From the human T2T-CHM13v2.0 reference genome, Homo sapiens: a stretch of 64,000 bases of DNA. Position 1 is the stretch's first letter, and each line of letters begins with the position of its first letter. A model generated the notes under the pieces. It saw only the letters and a list, made by a program, of their open reading frames with translations, ran no database searches and was not told where the DNA came from. A program made the position numbers and the translations under genes. The stretch lies in assembly GCF_009914755.1 (NCBI RefSeq), contig NC_060926.1; one strand, written 5' to 3'. This document shows positions 16,511 to 32,034 of this stretch, in pieces.

Positions 16511-17789
16511 ATTTGTGCAAGATGGCCAACTAGACACAACTAGAAGCCAGGTGAAACAGCTGCCACTGAGGGATGAGGAAGACAGACACACTCCTAACAC
16601 ATCTTCAGAGGGAAAGAACTGAGAGAGGATGGAGGGAAGACACAGAAGCTGGGCTGAAGGAGGAGGAGGAAGCTGGAAACCTTGCATGGGGCTACTGCAC
16701 ACTGGGGCTCATTCCTGTCCCCCTATGACTTTGGGGGAATGGGTGATTGGAATTGGCAAGAAGAAATCCACTCTCCCCAGGGGCCTCTGCAATCCTGGCA
16801 GGAGAGAGACCCCTCAACCGCCATGGACACTTGAGTTGGTAGGGAGAGATGCTTAGAGAAGTGGCAAGGGCAGCAAGCCAGCTGATTAGGAGCCCAGAGG
16901 GTTTGATGTGGGAGTGTCTATTGTGGAGCCTAGCAAGAGAGGCCCATCCCGCTAGGCTCAACTTGCTCCCATAGGAGATTGTAGCCCTAGGGGAACTGCT
17001 GCACCTGAACTCTGCAGGGGAGTCTTGCCCATTAGATGAGGCTGGTCGGATCTGAGCACCTCTTGGTCTGCTGGCTTCTTCTGGGGCCCCAGCCTGGCCA
17101 TGTCTGCTTGCAGGCATGCCTTGGGTGCCCTTGGGGGCCCACATGAAGTTCCTGTGCTGGTGGACCATGACTGACAGGTGGAGAACTCCAGCAGTGTGGC
17201 CGCTGCAGATGGACATATATCAGTCCACCTGCTTCCTCCCCAACTGCAGCTTCCCATGGGCCCATGGCCACTTCCCACATTGTTTTGCCAGAATGTGTGT
17301 GCCTGGGTGGATTTTGCCTGCCCTGCCTTGCCAGAACACTTTTGCATGTGCACCCTGTCCTGCCACTGCTGCTGACAGGAGAGCACTCCATCCTCCCCCA
17401 CTCGACCTGCCATACTGCCATTGCAGTTGGAGCCTTGGCAGGCACAGAGCCCACCAGCCCTGCTCTTGTCAACATCCTGCCCCTGTGCCAACACTGCTGC
17501 AAGAGCAAAACTAGGCATGGAGAACAGCAGACCTTCCCTTGCCTTGAGCAACCAACCCAGCCTGTGTGAATGCACATAGAGGGTACACTCCGACCTGGAG
17601 CCACCAGGGCCCACCCCTGTGCTAACACCATCACCAGCATGACCATGCACCCAGTCACCAGTTGGGGGCCCCTACCCATCCCCCAGCCATACCACAGTTA
17701 CCGCTACTGTGAATGTCTACACATAGGCAGGCACCTCAGCATCTGCCAGCACCCTGCTGCTGCTGATGAGCATGCACCCTGCCGTGCTG

Positions 17790-17823
<34 letters not shown>

Positions 17824-18665
17824 CACATGTGAGCAAGGACAGACCCCATTGCCACCATCCTATGAAATGCTTTGGTTGGCACCACACATCAGAATGTAGA
17901 GATCAGTGGTCTAGGAGCACCTCCCCCTCCCCAGTACAGTGGGTTCCTAAGTTTGAGGAACCAGAGAACAAAGTTAGGACCTGATGCAAGTCCCTCAAAG
18001 TTAGAGCATGCAGTCAGGAGTTGGGAGCTGAGTCTTGACCCCCTAAAAGCTTCCAGAATTGAAGCTAGTTAATGAACCTACCTTATACCACAATCAAATC
18101 CTCAATGGCATCAAATGGAATACAAGAAAGAGAAAATCAGAAGACAGTATCTTCAAAGACTGAAGGAACATCAGCCCACAAAGATGAGGAAGAATCAGCG
18201 CAAGAACTCAAAAAGCCAGAGCACCTTAATTCCTCAAAATGACCACAGTATCTCTCCAGCAAGAGTTCTGAACTGGGTTGAGATGGCTGAAATGACAGAA
18301 ATAGAATTTAAAATATGGATTGAGATGCAGGAGTACATTTAAATCCAATCTAAGGAAGCTGAGAATCACAATAAAACAATACAGAATAGCGAGTATATAG
18401 AAGAACATAACCAGACGATAAAGCCAAAAAACAACAGTACGAGAATGTCGTAATGCAATCACAAGTATTAACAGCAGAATAGACCTAGAAGAGGAAAGAA
18501 TCTCAGAGCTTGAAGACTGACTTTCTGAAATAAGATAGTTAGACAACAATACAGAAGAAAGGATGAAAAGGAATGAACAAAACCTCCAAGAAATATGGGA
18601 TAATGTAAAGAGATTGAAAACTGTAATTCATTTGTGCCCCTGAAAGAGACTGTGCCCCTGAAAGA
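16511..18665 (+). mobile_element. Older primate L1PA (about PA13-17) 5'UTR and ORF1 start, nested in L1M
   Basis: caagatggccaactaga 5' start; GC-rich UTR; ORF1 N-terminus MRKNQRKNSKSQS...EMAEMTEIEF. Confidence 0.8.
17793..17822. repeat. (CTG)10 trinucleotide repeat
   Basis: 30 uninterrupted nt, read directly. Confidence 0.97.
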
Positions 18666-20154
<1,489 letters not shown>

Positions 20155-22130
20155 GCAACAAATAACAATTGCAATGAATATATGACAGTTACACATGTGG
20201 TAGATGTTAATTCAACTATGTCAATAATCATTTTAAATGTGAATCACCTAAATAGTTTAAGCAAACGAGAGGGACTTACAGAGTGCTTAAAAAACAGAAC
20301 CCTACTATATGCTTTTTATAAAAACTCTCACTAAATGGAATGGCACGGACAGATGAAAAGTTAAGGGATGGAGAAAAATATGTTATGATAGAACTAATAA
20401 AAATAAAGCTGGAGTAGCTATGTTAATTTTAGGCAAAATGGACATCTGAGCAAGAAAAATGATCAGGATAGAGAAGACCATTATATAATGATACAGGGGC
20501 CAATTCTCCAAGAGGGCATATAATTTCTTAACCGTGTATGTGTCTCACTACAGAGCATCAAAATACATGTGGCCAAAACTGCTAGAACTGCAAGGACAAA
20601 CATAAATTCACTGTGATAGTTGGAGATTTTAACACCCCTCTACCAGAAATGGACACAGCTAGCAGGCACAAAATCAGTAAGAATATATGTGAGTTCAACA
20701 GCATCGTAAATCAACTGGATATAATTGACATCTATAGACTACTTCATCCCACACAACAGCAAAATACACATTGTTCTCAAACACACATAGAACATTCACC
20801 AAGATTAATGACAACCTGGGCCTAACCATAACAAATTTAAAAGAATAAAAATCATACAATGTATGCTCTTAGACCACAGCAAAATTAAACTAAAAATCTG
20901 TAACAGAAAAATAGCTGGAAACCCAGAAATATTGGGTCCTTAAAAAACACACTTCTAAATAACACATGGGTCAAATAAGTCTCAATAAACATTTTTAAAT
21001 ATTTTGAACTAAATGAAATAAAAATACAATCTATCAACATTTTTGGATACAGAGAAAGTAATGCTTTAGGTGGAAATCTGTAGCACTGAATGCATGTATT
21101 AGACAAGAAAAAAAGAAAGATCTAAAATTAATAACCTAAGCTTCCACCTTAGGAAGTTAGAGAAAGAAGAATAATACAAACTGAAAGCAATAAGATAAAA
21201 CACATAATAAAAATTAGTGCAGAAGGCCATGAAATTGGAAACCAAAAGTTAATAGAGAAAAATCAACAAAATCAAAAGCTGTTTCTTTGAAAAGACCAAT
21301 ATAATTGATAAGCCTCTAGCCACTCTAACCAAGAACAAAAGAAAGAAGACATAAATTTCTATTATCAGAAATGAAAAAGGGACCATTACTACTGATTCCA
21401 AGGACACTAAAAAGATAATAAAGGAATATTATGAACAACTCTGTTCTCACAAATTTCATAACTTAGGTTAAATGGACCAGTTGCTTTAAAGACAAAAATC
21501 TACCATAATTCACACAACGTGAAGTAGATATCTGAATAGCGTTATATACATTTTAAAAATTGGATTAATGTTAACAACCTTCCAAAAGAGAAAGCACCTG
21601 CCTCAGTTTCACTGGCTACCAAATTGGAATTCTACCAAACACTGAAGGAAGAAATAATATCACTTCTCTATAATCTCTTCTAGAAAAATAAAAGTAGAGG
21701 GGACACTTTCTAACTTATTCTATGAGGCCAGAATTACCCTAATACCCAAAGCGGAAAAATACATTACAAGAAAACTAAAGAATAATATCTCTCATGCACA
21801 TATATGCAGAAGTCTTCAACCAAATATCAACAATTTGAATCCAGCAATTTTTTAGAAGAATATACACCATAAACAAGAGAGGTTTAAGCCAGGCATGCAA
21901 AGTTGATTCAACATTCTAAAATTATCTAATGTAATCCATTACAAAACATCAAAAACTTCAAGAAAAAAATATATGATCATATCAATCAATGCAGGAAATG
22001 CATTTGAAAATATCCCGCAACCATTCATATTGAAAACTCTCAACAAACTAGGCATATAGAGAAACTTCCTCACCTTGATAAACAGCATCTACAATAAACC
22101 TGCAGCTGACTTTGCACTTAACTGTGAGAC
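20155..22130 (+). mobile_element. L1M decayed ORF2 (EN to start of RT), continuing the element at 14768; 3' part missing
   Basis: IVGDFNTPL in ORF 20613..20825; ttctatgaggccagaattaccctaatacccaaa RT-region motif. Confidence 0.85.
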
Positions 22131-22294
22131 ACAAAATCAGTTGACTTGGGACCTTAATTATTTCTGGAGATTCTCTTCATCTTTGTTATTTTCTATAAGC
22201 TAGAAAAGTCCCATGTTCTACCCACATTGAAGAGGGCAGTAGACAGAGGGTAACCACCAGGAGGTGGGGACCTTGAGTGCTATCTTAGAATTCA

Positions 22295-22298
<4 letters not shown>
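22131..22298 (-). mobile_element. MLT1E/F-like LTR, last piece (resumes after the L1 block)
   Basis: gggaccttaatta...accaggaggtggggaccttgagtgctatcttagaattc continues the LTR broken at 14767. Confidence 0.7.

Positions 22299-22328
<30 letters not shown>
22299..22328. repeat. (TG)15 microsatellite
   Basis: Read directly. Confidence 0.97.
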
Positions 22329-22331
<3 letters not shown>

Positions 22332-22708
22332 ATCTGCACAAAACTTTTGATTCCCCAAAACTTAAGTGCTCATACTGTTTACTGAGCCTTACCAATAACA
22401 TAGTCGATTAACATATATCTTGTATGTTATACATATTATGTACTGTATTCTTACAATAAGTAAGTTGGAGAAAAGAAAATGTTATTTAGAAAATTATAAG
22501 AAAGAGCAAATACATTTACTATGTATTAAGTAGAATTAAATCATCATAAAAATCATAAAAGTCTTCATCCTCATTGTCTTCATATTGAGTAGGCTGAGGG
22601 AAAGGAGGAAACAAGGGGCTGGTCTTTATGTCTCAGGGTGGCAGAGGCAGAAGAAAATATAAGTGGACCTGTGTAGTTCAAAACTGTGTTGTTCAAGCAT
22701 CAGATGCG
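22329..22708. mobile_element. Tigger2a (MER28) DNA transposon, one end missing
   Basis: aaaacttttgattccccaaaacttaa...gagtaggctgagg...gtagttcaaaactgtgttgttcaag terminal region. Confidence 0.8.
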
Positions 22709-22713
22709 TGAAT

Positions 22714-22738
22714 ACACACACACACACACACACACACA
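22714..22738. repeat. (CA)12 microsatellite
   Basis: Read directly. Confidence 0.95.
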
Positions 22739-23124
22739 TGCATATATATATGTACAAAGGTTCCTCTTCTCTTCCTAAACAAATTTCTCCGCTTTGCTCT
22801 TTTTACCTACTGGTGTATCTTAAACAACATTCCAACTCCATACAGTTTCCTCATTCTTTTTTCGTAGTTGCACGATATTCCAGTTTGTAAAACATTATAT
22901 ATCTAAATAAAATCACCAATTTTCTGTTGGCAGATACTTAGGTTATTTCCAATTTTTCCTATTAGAAACAATGCTGCAACAAATAACCTTCTTTCGTACT
23001 TATGTATTTGTGGGAAAAGTGTCTAAAAGTGGAAAATAGTGCATCATTTTCTCCACAGCTTTACACTTTGCGTTAACAGACTTTTGCTTATTTACGAAAG
23101 TGGCGAAAAATATATTGAAGTATA

Positions 23125-23486
23125 CGAGGCAAGATAAGCGAGGTTATGCAACACCCAAACTCAGTGACTGAACACAACAGTGAGTCGTTTGTGCACATTA
23201 TCTGCCCCATGCAGGTGAGGTGGGCCCTACTTCACTCACCACTCGAGGCTCTGGGCTGCTGGAGACTCAGCCGCCATGTAGCTGCTTCATCTGCAGCATG
23301 AGGTCTCCTTGGTTACCTTGACGAGGTATAGAGAGTGGAGAACCAAGCGGGTCCTTTCCACCCCTTCAGGCTGGAAGGGGCGCTGATCATTAATTACCTC
23401 TCCTTACATGGCACACCTAAGTGCAAGGCATACAGTGTGTGTGGGATTCAGTGGAATATTTGGCGAACATTAATGTCTCTTTCACA
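23125..23486 (-). mobile_element. Old MLT1 (J/K/L-like) LTR
   Basis: ggttatgcaacacccaaactcagtgactgaacacaaca...atatttggcgaaca...caca. Confidence 0.55.
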
Positions 23487-23489
23487 AGC

Positions 23490-24790
23490 AGTGCAATTTT
23501 AATTATGAGTGAGATTAATCAACTTTTCATCTTGAGAGCCATTCCTATTTCCTCTTCTGTGAATTGAGTATAACATTTTACCTACTTTTAAACTTGTATT
23601 ATCAGTCTTTTTCTTATTTATTTTTAGAAGCTCTTTATGTATAAACGAGATTATATTTTTGCATTAAGAGATTCAAATGTGTCTTTGTCATTTGACCTTT
23701 TTCTTTACTTAGGGTGGATTTTTAAATATTAATTCTGATTGATGTTGATATTTATCAATATTTTGATATCGACACATTTAAATTGTTTAAATATTGATGG
23801 TTTTGCTGATTTTTGGTATTGATGATTTGTATTATATATTTAAGTTTTTCATAGATTCTCTATTTTGTGTCATTTTTAGAAAAAACTTCCTCACTCTGAG
23901 GTAATGAAATAATTTCCCCATGTTTTTTCAAGTATTTTTATAGTTGTATGATTTTTATATCTTTGTCCATTTGGAGTTTGTGTCATTGTTTGGTTTAAGA
24001 TACAGATTCAATTTCCTTTATCTCTGGATAATTCTTTTCTAGATGGCTACTCAGTGGTCCCGATCCCATTTATCGAATATCCTCAAGGTACCACCTTTAT
24101 CATATCTGAAGTCCTGTATGTACCAAGGTCAGGTTCTGGATTTTCAACTTAATTCCCTTGGTACATCTGTCTATCTATTTTAATTCCTGCGGCTTCAGAG
24201 CATATGCTCTGCTGCTTTGGTATCTGACAGAGCAATTCTCTTTGCGTGGCCCTCATTTTTCAGGATTTTTAAAATTTCTCTTTTTAATTTTTAACATGAA
24301 CTTTAAATTACCTGTTCATTCAAAACATTGTATTTTTTTCAGATTCATTGAATTTGCAAATGAAGATAGAAAGAGCTTTCATTACTATAATATGATGTCA
24401 AGTATTTATTTTCAACATCATGGTGTGCCTCTCCATTTGGTCAAGCCTTGTTCTGCAGCCTTCAGTAGAATTTTCAAGTTTTCTTTGTTTAGGTGTTTCC
24501 TATTTTTTATTAAGTTTAGTCCTAGATGTTTTACCTGTTTGTTAGTATTGTAAATAGGCTTTTTTTCTTTCATATTTTAACTGGCATTTTTTTGTATCAA
24601 TGACAGCTATTGCTTTATATCTATAAATTTCCCATCCTACTATTTTTCTGAATTATTTATTATCTGTAGTAATAGTTGACTTACAGATTTTGTTTCTATA
24701 ACCATATCATCTCCATCTTGCTTTCACATTTTTATACCACAATGAAATTTTTTTAAAAAAATTGTATTGTCTACTACTTCTAAAACAGTG
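23490..24790 (-). mobile_element. L1ME ORF2 fragment (also 22760-23110; resumes at about 26590-26895)
   Basis: cccatttatcgaata, aacatcatggtgtgcctctccattt and gtatccttgtgtttttcctgactttagtggaaa motifs. Confidence 0.65.
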
Positions 24791-25008
24791 GTTATCAACC
24801 CCATTACAGTTCTAATTTTAATATAAAGAAAAAATACAGGGGAAGTCGTTTATAATAAAACAGCTTGAATTTCAAATGTAAATAATGATAATAAATAATA
24901 AATTAGTCAAATATTTCCACCCAATTATAATAAGTTTATACTTAAGAGCATCAAAACAATATTTCATCGTATTTATCACTATTCTATAATTGGGTACAAA
25001 ATTAGAAC

Positions 25009-25775
25009 AAGGGCCAGCTACATAATTTGCAGGATCCAGGGCAAACTAAAAATGCCAAGCTTCTTATTCAAAAGCAGGAAAAATATGCCGGTAAAGGTAC
25101 CGGCTCTTGGGTATCCACTCCTTCCCACTGCCAGATTGCAGTGTCTGGTCCAGCTGGGGATAGGGAAATTGATCCAATGTCTTCCCCTCCTATGGGACTG
25201 CGGCCCCAGCTCATGGAGGATGAGTGAACCCAATGGATATTGCAACCTCTGCACCAGGATGCACTGGGCATCTGGATGAAGAGTGGGTCAGAGGTTCACC
25301 CCTTCCTAGATGCCCATGGAAGGTGCCCGGGTGCTGTTAGTGCTGGGCAGGGTTGACTGCTGCCACTCCCTACCCAAGACACCACGAGGCACATGCACAC
25401 AACCTTGCCCTTCCCTGTGCCCATGTCAGGCCCCTGTGGGGACAAGGGGCTGCAGTGATCTCTGGGCCGGGGTTGGGAGGAGGATTCCAAGAAGGGTGAA
25501 AGGCAGCAGGGCTTGGAGAGCAGGCCATCAAAATCTCTCTGAGGGTGATGGGGAGGTGGCAGAAGCTGAGACTGCTCTAGTGCTCCAAACCTCCAATCCC
25601 CCAACACATGCTCTGCTGTCCCATAAGACTTTACCTAAACAACACACGTTCAAAGATAAAATCCTTAAAAATTTCAAGATGGCCACTACAGAACACTAAA
25701 GGTCAATCATTTGGCTCTTCTGAGCATGGGGCCTAAGGGAACTGCAGAGGTTACTGGTCCACCAAGCCAGCCTAG
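25009..25775. mobile_element. MER45B-like hAT-Tip100 DNA transposon
   Basis: agggccagctacataatttgc start; aatttcaagatggcc...cttctgagcatggggcc...aagccagcct end. Confidence 0.75.
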
Positions 25776-25782
25776 ACCCAAG

Positions 25783-26590
25783 GGGCGGTTTACAGAAAGG
25801 GTGTCCCCTACAATGATTCTGAAATCTATGTGAAGGTATTTTGGGTTGTTACAATAATTTAAGAGTGCTGTTGGCATTTAGAAGGCTAGGGATATTATGC
25901 ATCCTGGAAAGTGCAGAAGAAAATCTCCTACAATGAAAACTTACAGTATTCCCCCAAAGACTTTCAAATATTCCCAGTCATATAGATGAAAACCAGCTCA
26001 TAAGTGTCTGAGTCTAGAACATAACTGTTTAACATATGAATTCTAAGTCTTTTTGCAGTTTTAATATATTCTGAGTTTTCAAGGAAAGCAACTGCTAAGT
26101 AAATTGAGAAGAGGTTATACTTTGTGTCGTTCAGAATTTCATTAAGAGTTGTTTAGCATTTGAGGAAATTCTCTCTCCAGTGACAGAGATTCTCCTGTTG
26201 TTTGAGTCACCAGATTTCTTGGCAGTCACAATTACATTGATCATATAGACTTACATTTATATAGATGTAACTATGCTTATTTGTCCTTTGTATCGAAATA
26301 TTGAGTATAAGGAACAGTAATGACAATGTTCAGTGACAATATTTTGTCTTATTTTATTTCCAACTTATTTATTATAATTAGGCATATACCTGTGAATATG
26401 AATATTTCATTTTGTCTTCTAATGAAATTGTGTCCAAGCATTTGCATATAGAATACAAGCCATTTTAAAAATTAATTATACTTTCTCTTTATTTCTACTT
26501 TTTATTACACTGTGGGCACAATACTTGCTAAAACTTTTTTCTGAAATTTTGTGTGGAGCTAGATTTTTATCTTTGAATTTCTTTCCAGGA
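25783..26590. mobile_element. hAT-Charlie fragment (MER5B-related end, Charlie7-like)
   Basis: tttgggttgttacaat...tggcatttag...gggatattatgcatcctg resembles a MER5B/Charlie terminus. Confidence 0.5.
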
Positions 26591-27954
26591 CAGAAGCGTG
26601 GTCATACCTAAAGTATCCTTGTGTTTTTCCTGACTTTAGTGGAAAGGCGTTTAGTGTTTCTCCATGAATAACATATTAGCTTTTGAGATGAAATAGATAC
26701 ATTTCACTTGTATTATTGCATAAAACCTTTTAAGTCAATAATGGATATTAAATTTTGTCAGATACCTTTTTACCATCATTGGAGATGAAAATATGATATT
26801 TTTCCTTTAGACCTAATTGACATGCTAAATTAGATCAATAGATTTTCTAGTATTAAACCATCCTTGTTTTTCTGGTATGTACCCTACTTAGGCATCCTTA
26901 CAAAGAGCTACCTCATGAGTGAACCTGGGATGTCGAGGTGCTAGGTTGGGCCAGGCCCCCTCACTGTGTAAGGCCCTCACTCCTGCACATTAGCATCCAG
27001 AATGCATTTCTCATTTGTGGCTTGGTAAATTCATAAACACCTGCCGGTGCCAGGACTCGGCTGTTAAATCTGAGAATGTTCCAGAGGTTGACCATATATT
27101 CTGGGATAACAACAGAGCATCTGCTGACAAAAATGATTGGGGAGACTGAGGACATCTCTATACAGTCTCCTGTAAAAGGTCTCTGAAATATTGTTTCTAA
27201 GACCAGTTATTCTGGAAGCATATTCTCTTGCAAACCCCTCCCTGTGTGTGACCTCTCTGCAAAATGTAAACAAGTGGAGTGGAGAGAAAGTATCCACTCC
27301 AAACAGCTCAGCACCACTGGAGGCACTTCTTCCTGCACTCTTGGCTTAGGACAAAGGGACAGATGGTGTGCAATCAATCAGACAAGCGACTGTGACATCA
27401 CCATGTCTACATACAGCTTTCTCAGGCAACACTCGATTTACATTCCCAGCAGCCCCCAAATCAGTACAATCATTATTCCACACTGCCCTCTAGCACCTGA
27501 GATTCACAGTTGTTTTGGGATCCAGTACATGATCAATAAAGGGCAGAGAAAGGACTGGGCTCTGGCCCACATCCCTTCACTGGAGATGCTTTCATTGAAT
27601 GTGTACATTTTCCAAGGTCTCTGAGCATAGCTATGGTACGGAATGCCCTCAGGGTGTGTGTGTTGAGTGGCGGGCTGTGTAGGGTGCCATAGTGGAGGAG
27701 TGGCTGCAGCAGTGTGGAGGGAGATGGCAGGATCACAGCTGAGAGAGGCATGGGAGAAAGAGGAGAGGGTGCACAACTCGGGGATGCTCTTTCCAGGGCC
27801 TTTCTAGAGCTTGCAAGCTTCTTGCCATCCTGTGGGTTCCAGTAAGTATTCCACATGGCTCTCCAGCTCCAGATCCAGAAAGGAGGGAGGAGGAAGAAAA
27901 AGAGGGAGGCACAGAGACTTCGGGAGGAACAAATACATATATTTAATTTTGTTA

Positions 27955-28860
<906 letters not shown>

Positions 28861-29407
28861 ACATTGTCTACCTTAGAGAGACAATTGATCCTGTTACAGC
28901 TACATTTTAACATAAGATAGTGTTTCAGAGGAAGGTGGGGAGGTAAAAGGCCCTCTTTTACTGTACCAAGCCACACTGCAGGGGCTTCTTCAGAAATCTT
29001 CTTCAAGTTCCTATGCATCAAGTTCTACTCGGCCCCACCTCACCCACTTCATCCCCCCCAGTCCCCCACCTCAGCCTCATCTCTCACTGGGGCTCTTTGT
29101 TCCCTGAGCTCCTTGCCTTAACCACGACTAGAGAGTGTGCTTCACACCCTGGGGGCTTCCACACCTTTGCCCCCATTGCTTCCTGTGCTGGAGGGACTTC
29201 CCTCCTGGGATCCACTGCCCTATTCCCAAGGAGAGGCTGCTTCTTATTCCAAGTCGTCCTGCATGGCCACCCCTCCACAGAACCTCTCCTCTTTGCCTCA
29301 GTCCAGGGTAACCACCATGCTTTCTGTCCATTTTATTACCTTTCTCAATTCCTGTGTTTATCTTCCCCTACTAGACCATACGTTTTCTAGGGATAAGGAA
29401 CATGTGC

Positions 29408-29452
29408 AATTTATCTGTAATTAATTCATCTGTAATTAATTTATTTGTAATT
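29408..29452. repeat. 15-bp tandem repeat, three copies (aattyatytgtaatt), next to an L2 3' end
   Basis: Units at 29408, 29423 and 29438; followed by L2-like tggcacatagaataaatattcaacaaatgaat. Confidence 0.85.
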
Positions 29453-30143
29453 TTGGCACATAGAATAAATATTCAACAAATGAATGTATTAATTAATAAA
29501 TAAATTAGTAGTTATGTGTCGGTGACAAACTTCATCATTTGGCTCAGGGCAGGTTTCCATTATTTAATGACAGGAGAGGGTGATTGGATCAATTGCCCTT
29601 GATTGATCATTATGGCCTTAGAGAAGGAATCACCAATAAATAGTCAATTCAGCCATATACCTAAAGTTGGTTAGGGTTATAATTACTGCTCCCAAGTAAT
29701 TTCACGGTTTCAGAAGTCTGACGTTTGGTGATAAAGGCTGTTTATTTACTTTTCCAAGAAAGCTCATCACATATGCAGTATTGACCTTCTCCTCTGGAAA
29801 CGTCATTGTAACAGTCACTTATTCATTAAGAAATGATTATGTTATGTTTTACTTACATCTGACTCTTTATTCTAATACACAAAAATCAGGTTACTTAAAA
29901 CATAAGAAAACACATTCATTTATAGATATTGGACAGCAACTAGGTTTATTGTTTCAAATTAGGCATTTATCTTCCTTTTTCCTATTGCAAGCCCCATATA
30001 ACATAATTCGGTAGGGCACGTGGGATTTACCTGTCAGAACTTCATTACTTTCAATACATAGAACTTGCTGACTGGTGTGACTGTTTATCAAAACCCAAAA
30101 ATGGTCCAACCCAGAAAGACAGACCTCTTCTTATTAAACATTA

Positions 30144-30472
<329 letters not shown>

Positions 30473-30889
30473 AAAATTACACTTGAATTTTTTTCTATTT
30501 TGGCAAAATAGATTCATTTTATCTTTCTAAGTACAGTGACAATTCGCTCACTCCAACAGGCAACTATTTAGCACTAATTAGGTCCAATGTTCTAAGCATT
30601 GGCCATGCTCCAGAAGATTGAATCAGACATGATCTTTCCTCTAGGGGAGCTTGCACTCTATTGAAAGAGAAGCCAGTATAAATCAATCACTTGCTTATCA
30701 ATTTCCCAGCAGTTACTCTATCTATCCTGTACTTATGTTAATCACACTCTCCCTTCTCCTTCACCAAAGCATCCATCATTTGGCAAACCAGTAGGACCCT
30801 GACCAGTTCTCTCTCCCTGGACTATGATTTCTTTGAATGCACACTTCCCCTGGATTTGCTCCTTTCCTGTTCTCCCACAGCACCTGTGG

Positions 30890-31060
30890 GGTTTACTATC
30901 TCAGAACTTGCTTTACTGTGTTCATCTATTTTTGTCTCTTTCCCAAACTCAATGAAGGGTAATGTGAGAAGACAATTGTTCTTTTCAGTTTTTCATCCCC
31001 AGTGTTAAGGGACACACATCTGGGCACAATAAATCTTTGCTGGATGGGTGGATGGAAGGA
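30890..31060 (+). mobile_element. L2 3' fragment
   Basis: tcatccccagtg...gcacaataaatctttgctggatgggtggatggaa tail. Confidence 0.5.
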
Positions 31061-31631
31061 CAGATGAGGTGAGCCTCAGCTGAGTCTCCAGTGATGATGG
31101 GGATCAGCCCGCCAGGAAGGCAGGGAAACAAAAGACAGGTGGAGAGGCTGGGACTTTTATTAAATCCCCAAATCCTTATGGTAAGCATGGCTCTAAAATT
31201 GATGATAATTGTGCAAAATAGTTGTCTAGAGAGGCTGTCTACTTATTTCAGGGATTCTGTCATGTTTCTACAGTTTGGGACTACCTCTGGGAAAACTGAT
31301 TCTAAGTCTGCAGCACATTCTTTTGCATTCTTTTGAAAGTTTTCGATGCTGGTGAATCTTTGGGTCTTTGATTGAAATTTTGTAAACAGATCCAAGACAT
31401 TTCATGTAGCAACTGTTTGCTGAGTCTCTGCTTCTTAGAATACTTCCAGGCACATAGTAGGTATTTCAAAATGTCCATTGAATGAAAACATTCTTGTACT
31501 TCCAAAACAAGTGTGACTAAAAATAATAACACTGTTTTTTCATGTGACTCAGACTGGATCCAAAAGCTAGTTCCCATGGAATGTCCCAAAAATGTTTGAG
31601 GGAAGATAATGTTTGAATTAGACACTGCCAC

Positions 31632-32034
31632 TGTATTAGTTCGGAGGCTGCTATGAATAACTACCTGAAACTGGGTAATTTATGAAGAAAATAGATGTAA
31701 TTGACTCACAGCTCTGTAGGCTGTACAGGAAGCATGGCTGGAAGGCCTCAGGAAACTTACAATCATGGTGGAAGGTGAAGGAAAAGTAAGGCATGACTTC
31801 ACATGGCCAGAACAGGAGGAAGTGAGTGAAGGGGGAAATGCTACACACGTACTTTTAAACAACCAGATCTCATGAGAACTCTATCAGGAGACAGCACTAA
31901 AGGGATAGCGCTAAACCATTAGAAACATCCCCTCCCCCCATAATTCAATCATCTCCCATGGGGTTCCTCCCCTAACAATGGGGTTTAAAATTCAACATGA
32001 GATTTGGGTGGGGACACAGAGTCAAACCACATCA
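31632..32034 (-). mobile_element. MSTA-like MaLR solo LTR
   Basis: TG...CA termini; TSD gccac/gccgc. Confidence 0.9.

Noticed and set aside
16629-17984. Cluster of overlapping ORFs up to 230 aa on both strands
   Set aside because: GC-rich L1 5'UTR is poor in stop codons; no recognisable domain
25018-25699. GC-rich ORF cluster as a gene or CpG island
   Set aside because: Lies inside the MER45B-like transposon; CpGs are largely decayed
26900-27950. Unique GC-richer segment with ORFs up to 126 aa
   Set aside because: No coherent splice-site pair or recognisable protein; a regulatory role cannot be excluded
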